In this document: positions 1 through 9,006 of the stretch, one piece after another
Layout: every line of letters starts with the position of its first letter
Position numbering within the stretch: the stretch's first letter is position 1
Source of the DNA: Candidatus Latescibacterota bacterium
GTDB taxonomy: Bacteria > Latescibacterota > UBA2968 > UBA8231
Assembly: GCA_965248265.1 (NCBI GenBank)
Contig: CBDFJF010000002.1
Coordinates: forward strand, 3,168,001-3,232,000
Direction: 5' to 3'
Length of the DNA stretch: 64,000 nucleotides
Made by a program: the position numbers and the translations under genes
The notes under the pieces: generated by a model
What the model saw: only the letters and a program-made list of their open reading frames with translations
Database searches by the model: none
What the model was told of the DNA's origin: nothing

Positions 1-2
1 TG

Positions 3-689
3 GCCGGTGACGGCCTTTTCTGGGAGATGGTCGGCGACAACGATTTCCTGACCGAACCGCCAGACTCAACGGAACTGTTCATATACACGATTGATGGGAT
101 CGTCGTCGTCGTTGAACGGTTTGCCGAAGCGGAAGTGATCGCGCCTCAAATTCCGTTCAAGCGGCTCGTCACGCAGGTCTTGGGCAACGATTTGTGGTAT
201 GATCCAGAGGCACTGATGGAGATGGGGCCCCGTGACCGGGCCAACATGGAAAACACCGTTATCGTTTCGGGCCGAGGCGTCAAGGGAGAGGAGGCGACGC
301 GGTTCACGGCGAACTTTCGCAGGCGGTTCGAGACGGATCCAGGCTATGCCGCGTACGGGTATGACGCAGCCAGGATCCTCGGTGCGGCGTGGGACGAAGG
401 CTACCGAACGCGTGACAGCTTGCGGGCCTGGCTGTCAGCGTTGCGCGGCTTCGAGGGCGCATCCGGGCGCATAAGTTTCTCCGATGCACGTCGGGTTAAC
501 GGCGAGTTGATCCTTCTCAAGATCGGTGCCAACGGTGTCATCCGCCCAATGAGCACGGAGGATCTGCCCACGGTCAAAATTCCAGATGATGAGCTGCCGG
601 AGGCTGCCTTGGAGTTGGATCTCGACTATGACCTGGATTTCCTACCGGACCCGGCAGACACCAGCGGAATGACGGAACAAACCTTCTGA
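3..689 (+). CDS. Periplasmic-binding-protein-fold protein (LpoA/LppC or branched-chain amino acid binding-like), 5' truncated
   Basis: The frame is open from the window edge. Motifs YAAYGYDAARIL and FEGASGRISF resemble type I PBP C-termini. Confidence 0.6.
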   Translation, partial: AGDGLFWEMVGDNDFLTEPPDSTELFIYTIDGIVVVVERFAEAEVIAPQIPFKRLVTQVLGNDLWYDPEALMEMGPRDRANMENTVIVSGRGVKGEEATRFTANFRRRFETDPGYAAYGYDAARILGAAWDEGYRTRDSLRAWLSALRGFEGASGRISFSDARRVNGELILLKIGANGVIRPMSTEDLPTVKIPDDELPEAALELDLDYDLDFLPDPADTSGMTEQTF

Positions 690-873
690 CCCGGAGCCGG
701 CGCACGAATTCCGCCCATCCAGGGCGCAGGTGCCGTTGACAGGCCCTACTGCGCTTACCCGAGGATATTGCGTGGTGGTGCTAACGGGAGTATATTCAAG
801 ATTTTACCTGAGAAATGACGCAAAACTGAGATCCAAGACTATCCGGATAACGGCGAACTACACACCTGACGAT

Positions 874-1188
874 ATGCCGACCTACGATTACGAGTGCCCG
901 AAGTGCTCACACACCTTTGAGGCATTTCAAAGCATCACCGCGGAACCGCTTACGAAGTGCCCTCAAAAGGGGTGTCGAGGACGGATCAAGCGTCTGATTG
1001 GTACCGGCGGCGGGTTGTTGTTCAAGGGCTCTGGCTTCTACATCACTGACTACAGAAGCGACAGCTACAAGCAGGGTGAGAAGGCCGCAAAAAAGGATTC
1101 CAGCCCCAAGGTGGAGAGCAAAAGCGGGGAGGGAAAGGCCGAGTCGAAGTCTTCCCCCACAGAGAGCACTACCGGCAAGAGCAACTGA
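874..1188 (+). CDS. FmdB-family zinc-ribbon protein
   Basis: MPTYDYECPKCSHTFE...KCPQKGC...FKGSGFYITDY signature, followed by a Ser/Lys-rich tail. Confidence 0.9.
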   Translation: MPTYDYECPKCSHTFEAFQSITAEPLTKCPQKGCRGRIKRLIGTGGGLLFKGSGFYITDYRSDSYKQGEKAAKKDSSPKVESKSGEGKAESKSSPTESTTGKSN

Positions 1189-1203
1189 GCAAGGCAGTTT
1201 TAC

Positions 1204-1743
1204 GTGATGTCGTCGTTCTCAACGAGAATATTTCGAGGCCGCTTTCTCTTGAAGGGAGTCATGCTGCTTGCCGCGTTCGGTGTGGCGTCGGTGGCTTGTT
1301 CCTGTGACTCTGGCCCGCGGCGGTTGCTCGCCCAAGCCGACGGCCTTGCCAACACGGCGAATCCCGATTCTGCCGCGAAGGCGATCGATCTCTATACCTC
1401 GTTCATAACTCAGTACCCAGACCGCGAAGAGACTCCTCGTGCGCTCAGAACGCGAGCGCGACTGACGCAGCAGCTGGGAGACATGACCACGGCCCTAGCA
1501 ATGTATGAAGGGCTGCTCGACAAGTATCCTGAGTGTTCCTACGCCGCTGAGGCCCAGTTCATGGTCGGTTATATTTACGAAGAGCATGTGCGGGATCTGG
1601 ACCGAGCGCGGACGGCGTATCAAAGCGTGATTGACCATTATCCTGATTCTGAGCTGGCCCTGAGTGCCAGGCACCTGTTACCCCACGTTGGTCGAGCTGC
1701 TGAGGAATGGGTGGAGTTTCAGGAAGGGGTGACAACGCAATAA
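1204..1743 (+). CDS. TPR-repeat (BamD/YbgF-like) probable lipoprotein
   Basis: Hydrophobic signal with Cys (VACSC), then repeated YPxS/TPR-like helices (AQFMVGYIYE, AYQSVIDHYPDS). The start is uncertain. Confidence 0.7.
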   Translation: MMSSFSTRIFRGRFLLKGVMLLAAFGVASVACSCDSGPRRLLAQADGLANTANPDSAAKAIDLYTSFITQYPDREETPRALRTRARLTQQLGDMTTALAMYEGLLDKYPECSYAAEAQFMVGYIYEEHVRDLDRARTAYQSVIDHYPDSELALSARHLLPHVGRAAEEWVEFQEGVTTQ

Positions 1744-1981
1744 CCGAAGTGTAAATAATGTTTTCTTATCGTGCGTCTTCGCGACCCTCTCAAGTATCCG
1801 ATCACCACCCACCACCACTTAGTTTTCGCTCATCCTGGGTTCCCCCGGATTTTCGGCGGCCAGACGCCGCGGGAAATGTCGTCGAGTGGTTTCGGAAGGC
1901 GACGACCGCCGCGCAACCGCATTTTTCGGGATCCATCCGAATGGTATCTGCGTCGAATCTCTTACGCGCAATTCGAAGGCC

Positions 1982-2977
1982 ATGCAGACTAACACGGACA
2001 TCGAGGCGGTAACTCAAAAGATTCAGCAGGAGAGTTCCCGGATCGACCGAATTCTACAGGAAGTCGATCGGGTGATCGTGGGACAGCGCTACATGGTGGA
2101 GCGACTCATCATTGGCCTGCTGTGCAACGGACACATTCTGCTGGAAGGGGTCCCTGGGTTGGCGAAGACGCTGACCATCAGGACACTGACGCGCGCCGTG
2201 AAGGGCGCGTTCAGGCGATTGCAGTTCACACCGGATCTGCTGCCCGCCGATCTGACCGGCACCATGATTTACAATCAACGAACGGGTGAGTTCAACGCCA
2301 AGAAGGGCCCGATTTTTGCCAACATGATTCTCGCTGATGAGATCAATCGAGCTCCGGCCAAAGTGCAGAGCGCTCTATTGGAGGCCATGCAGGAGCGTCA
2401 AGTAACGATCGGTGACGACTCCTACCCACTCGAGGATCCCTTTCTGGTGATGGCGACCCAGAACCCGATAGAGCAGGAGGGGACTTACCCGCTTCCGGAG
2501 GCCCAGATCGACCGCTTCATGTTGAAGGTCAAGGTCGACTATCCAACCAGGGAGGAAGAGCGCCGCATCCTTGATCGCATGTTGGAAGAGCCGAATATCG
2601 AGGTCAGCCCGGTGATCACCCTCGACGACCTGCGCCAGCTGCGGGAGTCTGTGCGGCTGGTGTACACAGACGACAAGATCAAAGACTACATCGTCAATTT
2701 GATCCAGGCGACGAGGATTCCGGCCGATGCCGGTATGACGGATTTCGCCGAACTCATCGATTACGGGTCCTCACCGCGAGCCACCATATACCTGGCGCAG
2801 GCCGCGCGGGCCTACGCCTTTCTGCGTGGCCGCGGCTATGTCACGCCAGAAGACGTCAAGACCATGGCGCACGATGTCCTGCGGCATCGAATCGGTACGA
2901 GTTACGAGGCGGAAGCCGAAGAGATCGGTCCCGATGATCTGGTACAGCGGCTGCTGGACCATGTCGAGGTTCCGTAG
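1982..2977 (+). CDS. moxR: MoxR-family AAA+ ATPase
   Basis: Walker A GVPGLAKT, QFTPDLLPAD, DEINRAPAKVQSALLEAMQE and ATQNPIEQEGTYPLPEAQIDRF. Confidence 0.95.
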   Translation: MQTNTDIEAVTQKIQQESSRIDRILQEVDRVIVGQRYMVERLIIGLLCNGHILLEGVPGLAKTLTIRTLTRAVKGAFRRLQFTPDLLPADLTGTMIYNQRTGEFNAKKGPIFANMILADEINRAPAKVQSALLEAMQERQVTIGDDSYPLEDPFLVMATQNPIEQEGTYPLPEAQIDRFMLKVKVDYPTREEERRILDRMLEEPNIEVSPVITLDDLRQLRESVRLVYTDDKIKDYIVNLIQATRIPADAGMTDFAELIDYGSSPRATIYLAQAARAYAFLRGRGYVTPEDVKTMAHDVLRHRIGTSYEAEAEEIGPDDLVQRLLDHVEVP

Positions 2978-2993
2978 GGACGAGGACGGCGTA

Positions 2994-3878
2994 ATGATCC
3001 CGAAGGAAATCCTCAAGAAGGTCCATCTCATAGAGCTGCGCACGAGCAACATGGTAAACGCGCTGTTCGCGGGAGAATACCATTCGGTTTTCAAGGGACA
3101 GGGGATGGAATTCGCCGAAGTGCGCGAGTACCAGCATGGCGATGAAATCCGCAGCATCGATTGGAATGTTACGGCCCGGGTCGGGCGACCTTTCGTAAAA
3201 ATATTCGACGAAGAGCGCGAGCTCACCGTCATGCTCGTCGTCGATGCCAGCGCCTCGGGGTCGTTCGGCAGTCAGGCGCAGATGAAAGGAGAGATCGGCG
3301 TTGAGGTTTCGGCGGTGCTTGCTTTCGCCGCCATCAAGAACAACGATCGAGTAGGGTTGTTGATATTCACCGACGAGGTCGAGGTCTTCGTGCCGCCCAA
3401 GAAAGGCCGTCGCCACGTCCTTCGTGTTATCCGCGAATTGCTCTACTTCAAACCGCGTGGACGCAGGACCTCCATCGCCACCGCCCTCGAATACCTGGAC
3501 CGCGTCGTCCATCGGCGCAGTGTCGTTTTTGTACTGTCCGATTTTTTCGACACGGAGTACCAACAGGCTTTGCAGCGTCTGGCCCGCCGGCACGATCTGA
3601 TCGCCATACGGTTGTCGGATCCACGCGAGCGACAATTGCCGCCGGTTGGCCTTGTTGAGCTACACGATGCCGAGACAGGTGAGCACCTACTCGTCGACTC
3701 CGGCAGCTCGCTGGTGAGGGAGGCTTATGCGCTTGGTGAGCGTGAGGCTTCACAAGTGCGCAGTCGAATGTTCAGAAAACTTGGCATCGACGAAATTCGG
3801 TTGGATACAACGGGGTCATACGTGGAACCCCTGGTTCGCTTCTTTCAGACCCGCATGAGGCGGGCGGCCTACGCATGA
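2994..3878 (+). CDS. DUF58 (vWA-like) MoxR-associated protein
   Basis: FKGQGMEFAEVREYQHGDEIRSIDWNVTAR, DASAS, NDRVGL and SDF motifs; lies directly after moxR. Confidence 0.92.
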   Translation: MIPKEILKKVHLIELRTSNMVNALFAGEYHSVFKGQGMEFAEVREYQHGDEIRSIDWNVTARVGRPFVKIFDEERELTVMLVVDASASGSFGSQAQMKGEIGVEVSAVLAFAAIKNNDRVGLLIFTDEVEVFVPPKKGRRHVLRVIRELLYFKPRGRRTSIATALEYLDRVVHRRSVVFVLSDFFDTEYQQALQRLARRHDLIAIRLSDPRERQLPPVGLVELHDAETGEHLLVDSGSSLVREAYALGEREASQVRSRMFRKLGIDEIRLDTTGSYVEPLVRFFQTRMRRAAYA

Positions 3879-3926
3879 CAGGATCTGCAGGATCAGTAAC
3901 CAGGATCTATAAACAGGATCCGTAAA
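3879..3926 (+). repeat. Four CAGGATC direct repeats, the last three with a 13-bp period
   Basis: CAGGATC occurs at 3879, 3888, 3901 and 3914. The units are caggatcagtaac, caggatctataaa and caggatccgtaaa. Confidence 0.75.
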
Positions 3927-3937
3927 CGGGAGGTAGA

Positions 3938-4873
3938 TTGGTGATTGAGGTTAGGGAGCTTTCCAAACACTATGGCGACGTCGCCGCCGTTCAGGGTATC
4001 AGCTTTGATGCGGTCAAGGGGGAGATCCTCGGTTTTTTGGGACCGAACGGTGCCGGGAAGACGACGACGATGAGGATCATCACGGGATTTCTCCCCCCGA
4101 CCGCGGGCACGGTTACCGTCGCCGGGTTTGATGTGGTTGAGGAATCGATGGAGGTACGACGACGCATCGGGTATCTGCCGGAACTGCCACCCCTGTACCC
4201 GGACATGACCGTGGACAGCTACCTCCGCTTTGTGGCCAAGATCAAGGCGGTCCCATCCGCACGAATTCAAGACCGGCTCGAAGAGACGATGGAGCGCACG
4301 GCGATCACCCACGTGCGTCATACTGTTATCGGTCATCTGTCCAAGGGATATCGTCAGCGCGTCGGCCTCGCGCAGGCCCTGGTCCACGATCCGGATGTGC
4401 TGATTCTGGACGAGCCGACGGCCGGCCTCGACCCGAAGCAGATCATCGAGATCAGAGAGTTGATCACGGGCCTTGGTGGGGATCGCACGGTGATCCTGAG
4501 TACGCACATCCTGCCAGAGGTCAGCATGACCTGTGAAAAGGTCGTCATCATCAACAATGGACGGATCGTCGGATCGGGGACTCCTCAGAGTTTGACTGCC
4601 CAACTGGGTGAAGGGGAGATCTTGCGAGCGCAAATCGTCGGCCCGCAGGAGGAGGTCAAACAGCTGGTCTCCAGCGTCAGCGGAGTCGTCGATGTGCAGA
4701 CGGAAGGTGAACACGCTTTCCTGGTGACGACGGCTCCAGGAAGCGATGTGCGCGATCAGCTGGCGAGTGCGGTCGTCGGGGCGGGGCATGGGCTGAAGGA
4801 ACTGCGCTCCCAGGAAGTAAGCCTGGAGGACATCTTTTTGAAGTTGACGACTGAAGAAGGAGTGGGTAGCTGA
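3938..4873 (+). CDS. ABC transporter ATP-binding protein (GldA-like)
   Basis: GPNGAGKTT, LSKGYRQRVGLAQAL, ILDEPTAGLDP and STHIL motifs. RBS GGAGGT upstream; the start may be GTG 3941. Confidence 0.95.
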   Translation: MVIEVRELSKHYGDVAAVQGISFDAVKGEILGFLGPNGAGKTTTMRIITGFLPPTAGTVTVAGFDVVEESMEVRRRIGYLPELPPLYPDMTVDSYLRFVAKIKAVPSARIQDRLEETMERTAITHVRHTVIGHLSKGYRQRVGLAQALVHDPDVLILDEPTAGLDPKQIIEIRELITGLGGDRTVILSTHILPEVSMTCEKVVIINNGRIVGSGTPQSLTAQLGEGEILRAQIVGPQEEVKQLVSSVSGVVDVQTEGEHAFLVTTAPGSDVRDQLASAVVGAGHGLKELRSQEVSLEDIFLKLTTEEGVGS

Positions 4874-5656
4874 ATGCGAAACTTTCTGGCTCTTTACAAT
4901 AAAGAAATGCGGTCCTACTTCGTATCGCCCATCGCCTACGTGGTGGCCGGCCTGTTCCTGTTGATATCGGGATTTCTGTTCCGCAACATTCTGATGCAGT
5001 TCAATCTACTGTCCCTGCAATTGGGTCAGCGTGCGCAATACATGGGTGGTCAGATGCCGGCTCTGAATCTCAACGAGATGGTCGTAACCCAGTTTTTCGC
5101 GGTCATGTACTTCATCTGGCTGCTGTTGATGCCATTCCTGACGATGCGACTCTTTGCTGAAGAAAAGCGCAGTGGGACCATCGAGTTGCTGATGACGTCA
5201 CCGATCTCGACCATCCAACTCGTGCTGGGGAAGTTTTTCGCCTGCTTCAGCCTGTACACCTTGATCGTGGCGTTGACCCTGGTGTTCCTGTTGATCCTCG
5301 ACGCCTACGGAGATCCCGATTGGGGCCCGATCTGGTCTGCCTACCTGGGATACCTGCTGTTGGGCGGGACCTTCGTCGGCGTTGGCTTGCTGGCTTCCAC
5401 GTTGACCGAAAACCAGATCGTGGCTGGGGTCATCGCTTTCGTTGCCCTGCTCACGCTGTGGCTGATAGACTGGTCGGCAAGCTTCGCCGGGCCGACCGCA
5501 GCCAAGATCTTCCAATACCTGTCCATCATCGCGCACCTCAAGGATTTCCACAGAGGTGTCATCGATACCAGCGATGTCGTCTTCTACTTGAGTCTCACGT
5601 TTTTCTGTCTGTTCCTGACCGCACTGTCGATCAACTCGCGAAGGTGGAGAAGGTGA
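4874..5656 (+). CDS. ABC-2 permease (GldF-like)
   Basis: KEMRSYFVSPIAY, TMRLFAEEKRSGTIELLMTSP and TENQIVA motifs; about six TM helices. Confidence 0.92.
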   Translation: MRNFLALYNKEMRSYFVSPIAYVVAGLFLLISGFLFRNILMQFNLLSLQLGQRAQYMGGQMPALNLNEMVVTQFFAVMYFIWLLLMPFLTMRLFAEEKRSGTIELLMTSPISTIQLVLGKFFACFSLYTLIVALTLVFLLILDAYGDPDWGPIWSAYLGYLLLGGTFVGVGLLASTLTENQIVAGVIAFVALLTLWLIDWSASFAGPTAAKIFQYLSIIAHLKDFHRGVIDTSDVVFYLSLTFFCLFLTALSINSRRWRR

Positions 5657-5657
5657 G

Positions 5658-8600
5658 ATGAAGCGACATGCTGGAGCGATAAGCCTCCTCGGTGGATTCA
5701 TCCTGGTGGCCGGACTGCTGACGCTGGCGCTGGATTTTGTCCTCGATCGTGAGACTACCTGGATCCCGTTGGCGACCCTGGGTTGCGGCGCCGTGTTGGC
5801 TGCGATCTCAGGTGCACTCGAGCCCGGGCTGTTCCGCCACTACGGACGGTGGATCAACGCCTCACTCGGTGGCATCATGGTATTCCTCATCGTCGCCATG
5901 GTGAATTTCCTCAGTAATCGATATCACGATCGGATCGACTTGACGGAAGGACGGTTGCACAGTCTCGCCGATTTAACGGTGGAGACGCTGCAAGGGTTGG
6001 ATCGGGAGGTGCGGGCGCTTGGTTTCATGGAAGGCGGGGTGCACGAGGATCTCGAGATTCTACTCGAAGGCTATGCCTCACATAGTCCCAAGTTCAGCTT
6101 CGAGTTGATCGACCCTGACAAGGAACCTCAACGCACGGCCGACTACGGTGTACGCAGTTATGACGTCTTGCTCATCGAGGAAGAGAGTACCGGTGAGGTA
6201 CAGAATGTTAGTGAACGGACGGAGAAGGAGATCACGAACGCGCTATTGAAGGTTTTGCGCGAGGACACCCAGCAAATTTATTTGACGGTAGGGCATGGGG
6301 AAAGTGGGATGCAGGCAGGGGCCAAGTCTTATAGCCGTTTGATGGGCAGAATGAAGGAGATCTCGTTCGCCGTCGAGGATTCTCTGTTCCTCGCGCGCGC
6401 TGGAGAGGTACCGGAGGACTGCGCCGTCCTGGTGGTGGCCGGCCCCCGTTTCGCGTTCCTGGAAACCGAGGTCCAGGCGATCGAGCGCTATCTCCAAAGA
6501 GGCGGTGCCGCGCTGATCCTGCTCGATCCCGCCCATGAAGTCGGCTTGGGAACCCTGCTGGCGAGGTGGGGAATCGTAGTCGGTGATGATTTCGTCATCG
6601 ACACCAGCGGTGTCGGTAGCTTGTTCGGATTGGATTTCACCACGCCGGTAGCTGTGCAATATGACTCCGAACACCCGATCGTTCGCAAGCACCGGGGTGG
6701 CCTGATGACGCTGTTTGAATTAGCTCGCTCAGTCCGTTTCGAGTCGGATCGCGCTGCCGATTCTGGATTGACTGGGACCCCACTGGTGCTGACCAGTGAG
6801 CAGAGTTGGGCTGAGGCGGATGTCAGTGTGTTGTCTGCCGGACAAGGCAAGCGCGCGATCTCCCTGAATGAGGACGTCGATCGTGTTGGGCCAGTGGCAC
6901 TCGGCGTAGCCGTCCAGGCCGAGGGTGAATCTGGCGGCAGACTCGTCGTTTTTGGCGATTCCGATTTTGCCGCCGACAGTTACTTCGACGTTCAGGGCAA
7001 TGGCGATTTGGCGTTGAATGCCTTGAGTTGGTTGGCCGCCGACGAATCCCTGATTTCCATTCGACCGAAGGAGGCCGGGCACACTCCGATCGCGTTGACG
7101 GAAAGTGACTCCGGCACGATAAGCTGGCTGCTGGCTCTGTATCCGCTGGCCATCTTCGTCGCCGGCATGATCATTATCGGACGCGCCCGCGCAGTTAGTC
7201 CGTGGTTGTATTTCGGAATGTTTCTCAAAGCCCTCGTGCGCCGGATGTTCGCGCGAATGTACGTCGTTGTTCTGGTGTTTCTGGCCGCCCTGGGCACTGG
7301 GTTGCTGGATCGTCACGGGCTGAGGTTCGATCTCACCGAGGACAAGCTCTATACCCTCTCAGCCGACACCGAAAAGCTGCTGTCACGGGTGGATGCTGAA
7401 AACCGCTTCGTGACCGTCAAGACTTTCATGAGCATGGAAGAGGGATTGCGTTTTCAGGATACCATGGAAGAGTACAGCTATCTGTCGTCGAATTTCGACT
7501 ACGAGATCGTCGATCCTCAGAAGAACCGGCTGGAGGTCGAGCAGCTTGGCATTCGCCAACGCGGCACCTCCATAGTCGAGGTCCTGGCGGATGGCAAGGT
7601 CACGACAGAGCGCTTCGAGGAGCAGACGGAGGAGGCTCTCAGCAACGCCATTCAGAGCGCCCTGAGGGCTGACGAACGACGCATCGCCTCGATCGGTGGG
7701 CATGGCGAGGGACAACTGACCCTCGTCGACGGTCGGGGATACAGCATACTGAACGGCCGCCTCAAGGAGTTGAATTTTCAAATCGAAGAGGCGGTGGATC
7801 TGAGCCGGGACGAGCTGCGACGTGGACAGATTCTGTTGGCGTTGGCTCCTAAGCAGCCGTTCACCAGCAGCGAGGTCGATGTCCTGAGGGTACATCTCAA
7901 GCGAGGTGGTGACGCCCTGTTATTGCTGGATCCGGGTCCGCCAACGGGTCTCGAAGCACTCTTGCAGGAGTACTCCGTCGACCTCGGCCAGAACTTCATC
8001 GTCGATTTGAGTCCAGTTGGGCAACTGTTCGGCGCCGATGTTTCCATGCCCGTGGTGTTGCGTTACGGAGCGCATCCAATCACAGAGACGCTCACGGGGG
8101 GGACGATGAGTTTTTATCCGTTCGCGCGCTCGGTCGCCAAGGGGCTCAACCAACCCCCCGGCACGAAGGTCGATGAACTCGTACTCACCGATCAAAGTAG
8201 TTGGGGAGAGTCCGATCTGTCGCTGATTCTGGGTCAAGGTGGTAAGGTCGAATTCGATGAGATCGACGATCTCTCCGGGCCGCTATCGCTGGCCGTCGCC
8301 GTGCACGCTGACGCCGACACTGCGTCTGGTGGGGGAAGTGGCGACAAGGCGCGTCTGGTCGTTTTCGGTGACAGTGACTTCGCCACCAACGACTACTTCG
8401 GACAACATGCCAACGGAGCGCTGGTCATCAACAGCTTGAAGTGGCTCGTGGAGGGCGAAAACAAACTGACCATTCCTGTGAAAACTCCGCGCTCGAATCC
8501 AATCAATCTCATCGGCCACGAGGGAGACACCATTCTGTGGTTGTCGGTGTTTGTTCTGCCGCTGGCCGTCGCGCTCTGCGGTATGGTCGTGGTGTTGCGG

Positions 8601-8984
8601 AGGGGAGCAGCGGGTTACCTCGAGGGGTTCGTGACGTGGCAGATGTTCTGTTTCTACGCTGCCGGAGCGCTCTACCTGGGCATCCACCTGGTGGAATCAG
8701 GCACGGCGGAACCCGCGGTCACGCTCGGTTACCTGTTGGCTTCTATCGGCAACTTCGCCGTTGCCCGCAGTGTCAGAGAGGCGACTGGCCGTCATCGCAT
8801 CACCTGGGTCTCAGCTCTTGTCATCTGCTTGGCCAACGTGGGGTTGGCGTTTTCGGTCCTGCCGTTGCTGTGGCAGCAGGTCGTCTACGCCGCCATTTTC
8901 GCGGCCAACACCGCGATGTTGGTGTGGATGCACAGAGATTTTCTAGCGGGCGAAACTTCCGACGGTTTGGAAGTGAGTTCGTAG
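5658..8984 (+). CDS. GldG-like ABC auxiliary protein with two tandem GldG domains
   Basis: Two copies of DLTE..LxxL, GHGE, LLDP, HPI, SWxExD and RLVVFGDSDF, separated by TM helices. Confidence 0.88.
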   Translation: MKRHAGAISLLGGFILVAGLLTLALDFVLDRETTWIPLATLGCGAVLAAISGALEPGLFRHYGRWINASLGGIMVFLIVAMVNFLSNRYHDRIDLTEGRLHSLADLTVETLQGLDREVRALGFMEGGVHEDLEILLEGYASHSPKFSFELIDPDKEPQRTADYGVRSYDVLLIEEESTGEVQNVSERTEKEITNALLKVLREDTQQIYLTVGHGESGMQAGAKSYSRLMGRMKEISFAVEDSLFLARAGEVPEDCAVLVVAGPRFAFLETEVQAIERYLQRGGAALILLDPAHEVGLGTLLARWGIVVGDDFVIDTSGVGSLFGLDFTTPVAVQYDSEHPIVRKHRGGLMTLFELARSVRFESDRAADSGLTGTPLVLTSEQSWAEADVSVLSAGQGKRAISLNEDVDRVGPVALGVAVQAEGESGGRLVVFGDSDFAADSYFDVQGNGDLALNALSWLAADESLISIRPKEAGHTPIALTESDSGTISWLLALYPLAIFVAGMIIIGRARAVSPWLYFGMFLKALVRRMFARMYVVVLVFLAALGTGLLDRHGLRFDLTEDKLYTLSADTEKLLSRVDAENRFVTVKTFMSMEEGLRFQDTMEEYSYLSSNFDYEIVDPQKNRLEVEQLGIRQRGTSIVEVLADGKVTTERFEEQTEEALSNAIQSALRADERRIASIGGHGEGQLTLVDGRGYSILNGRLKELNFQIEEAVDLSRDELRRGQILLALAPKQPFTSSEVDVLRVHLKRGGDALLLLDPGPPTGLEALLQEYSVDLGQNFIVDLSPVGQLFGADVSMPVVLRYGAHPITETLTGGTMSFYPFARSVAKGLNQPPGTKVDELVLTDQSSWGESDLSLILGQGGKVEFDEIDDLSGPLSLAVAVHADADTASGGGSGDKARLVVFGDSDFATNDYFGQHANGALVINSLKWLVEGENKLTIPVKTPRSNPINLIGHEGDTILWLSVFVLPLAVALCGMVVVLRRGAAGYLEGFVTWQMFCFYAAGALYLGIHLVESGTAEPAVTLGYLLASIGNFAVARSVREATGRHRITWVSALVICLANVGLAFSVLPLLWQQVVYAAIFAANTAMLVWMHRDFLAGETSDGLEVSS

Positions 8985-9006
8985 TACTTGGAGAGGAAAG
9001 CAACCC

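Noticed and set aside
3893-4789. 298-aa minus-strand ORF
   Set aside because: Antisense shadow of the ABC ATPase, typical of high-GC DNA.
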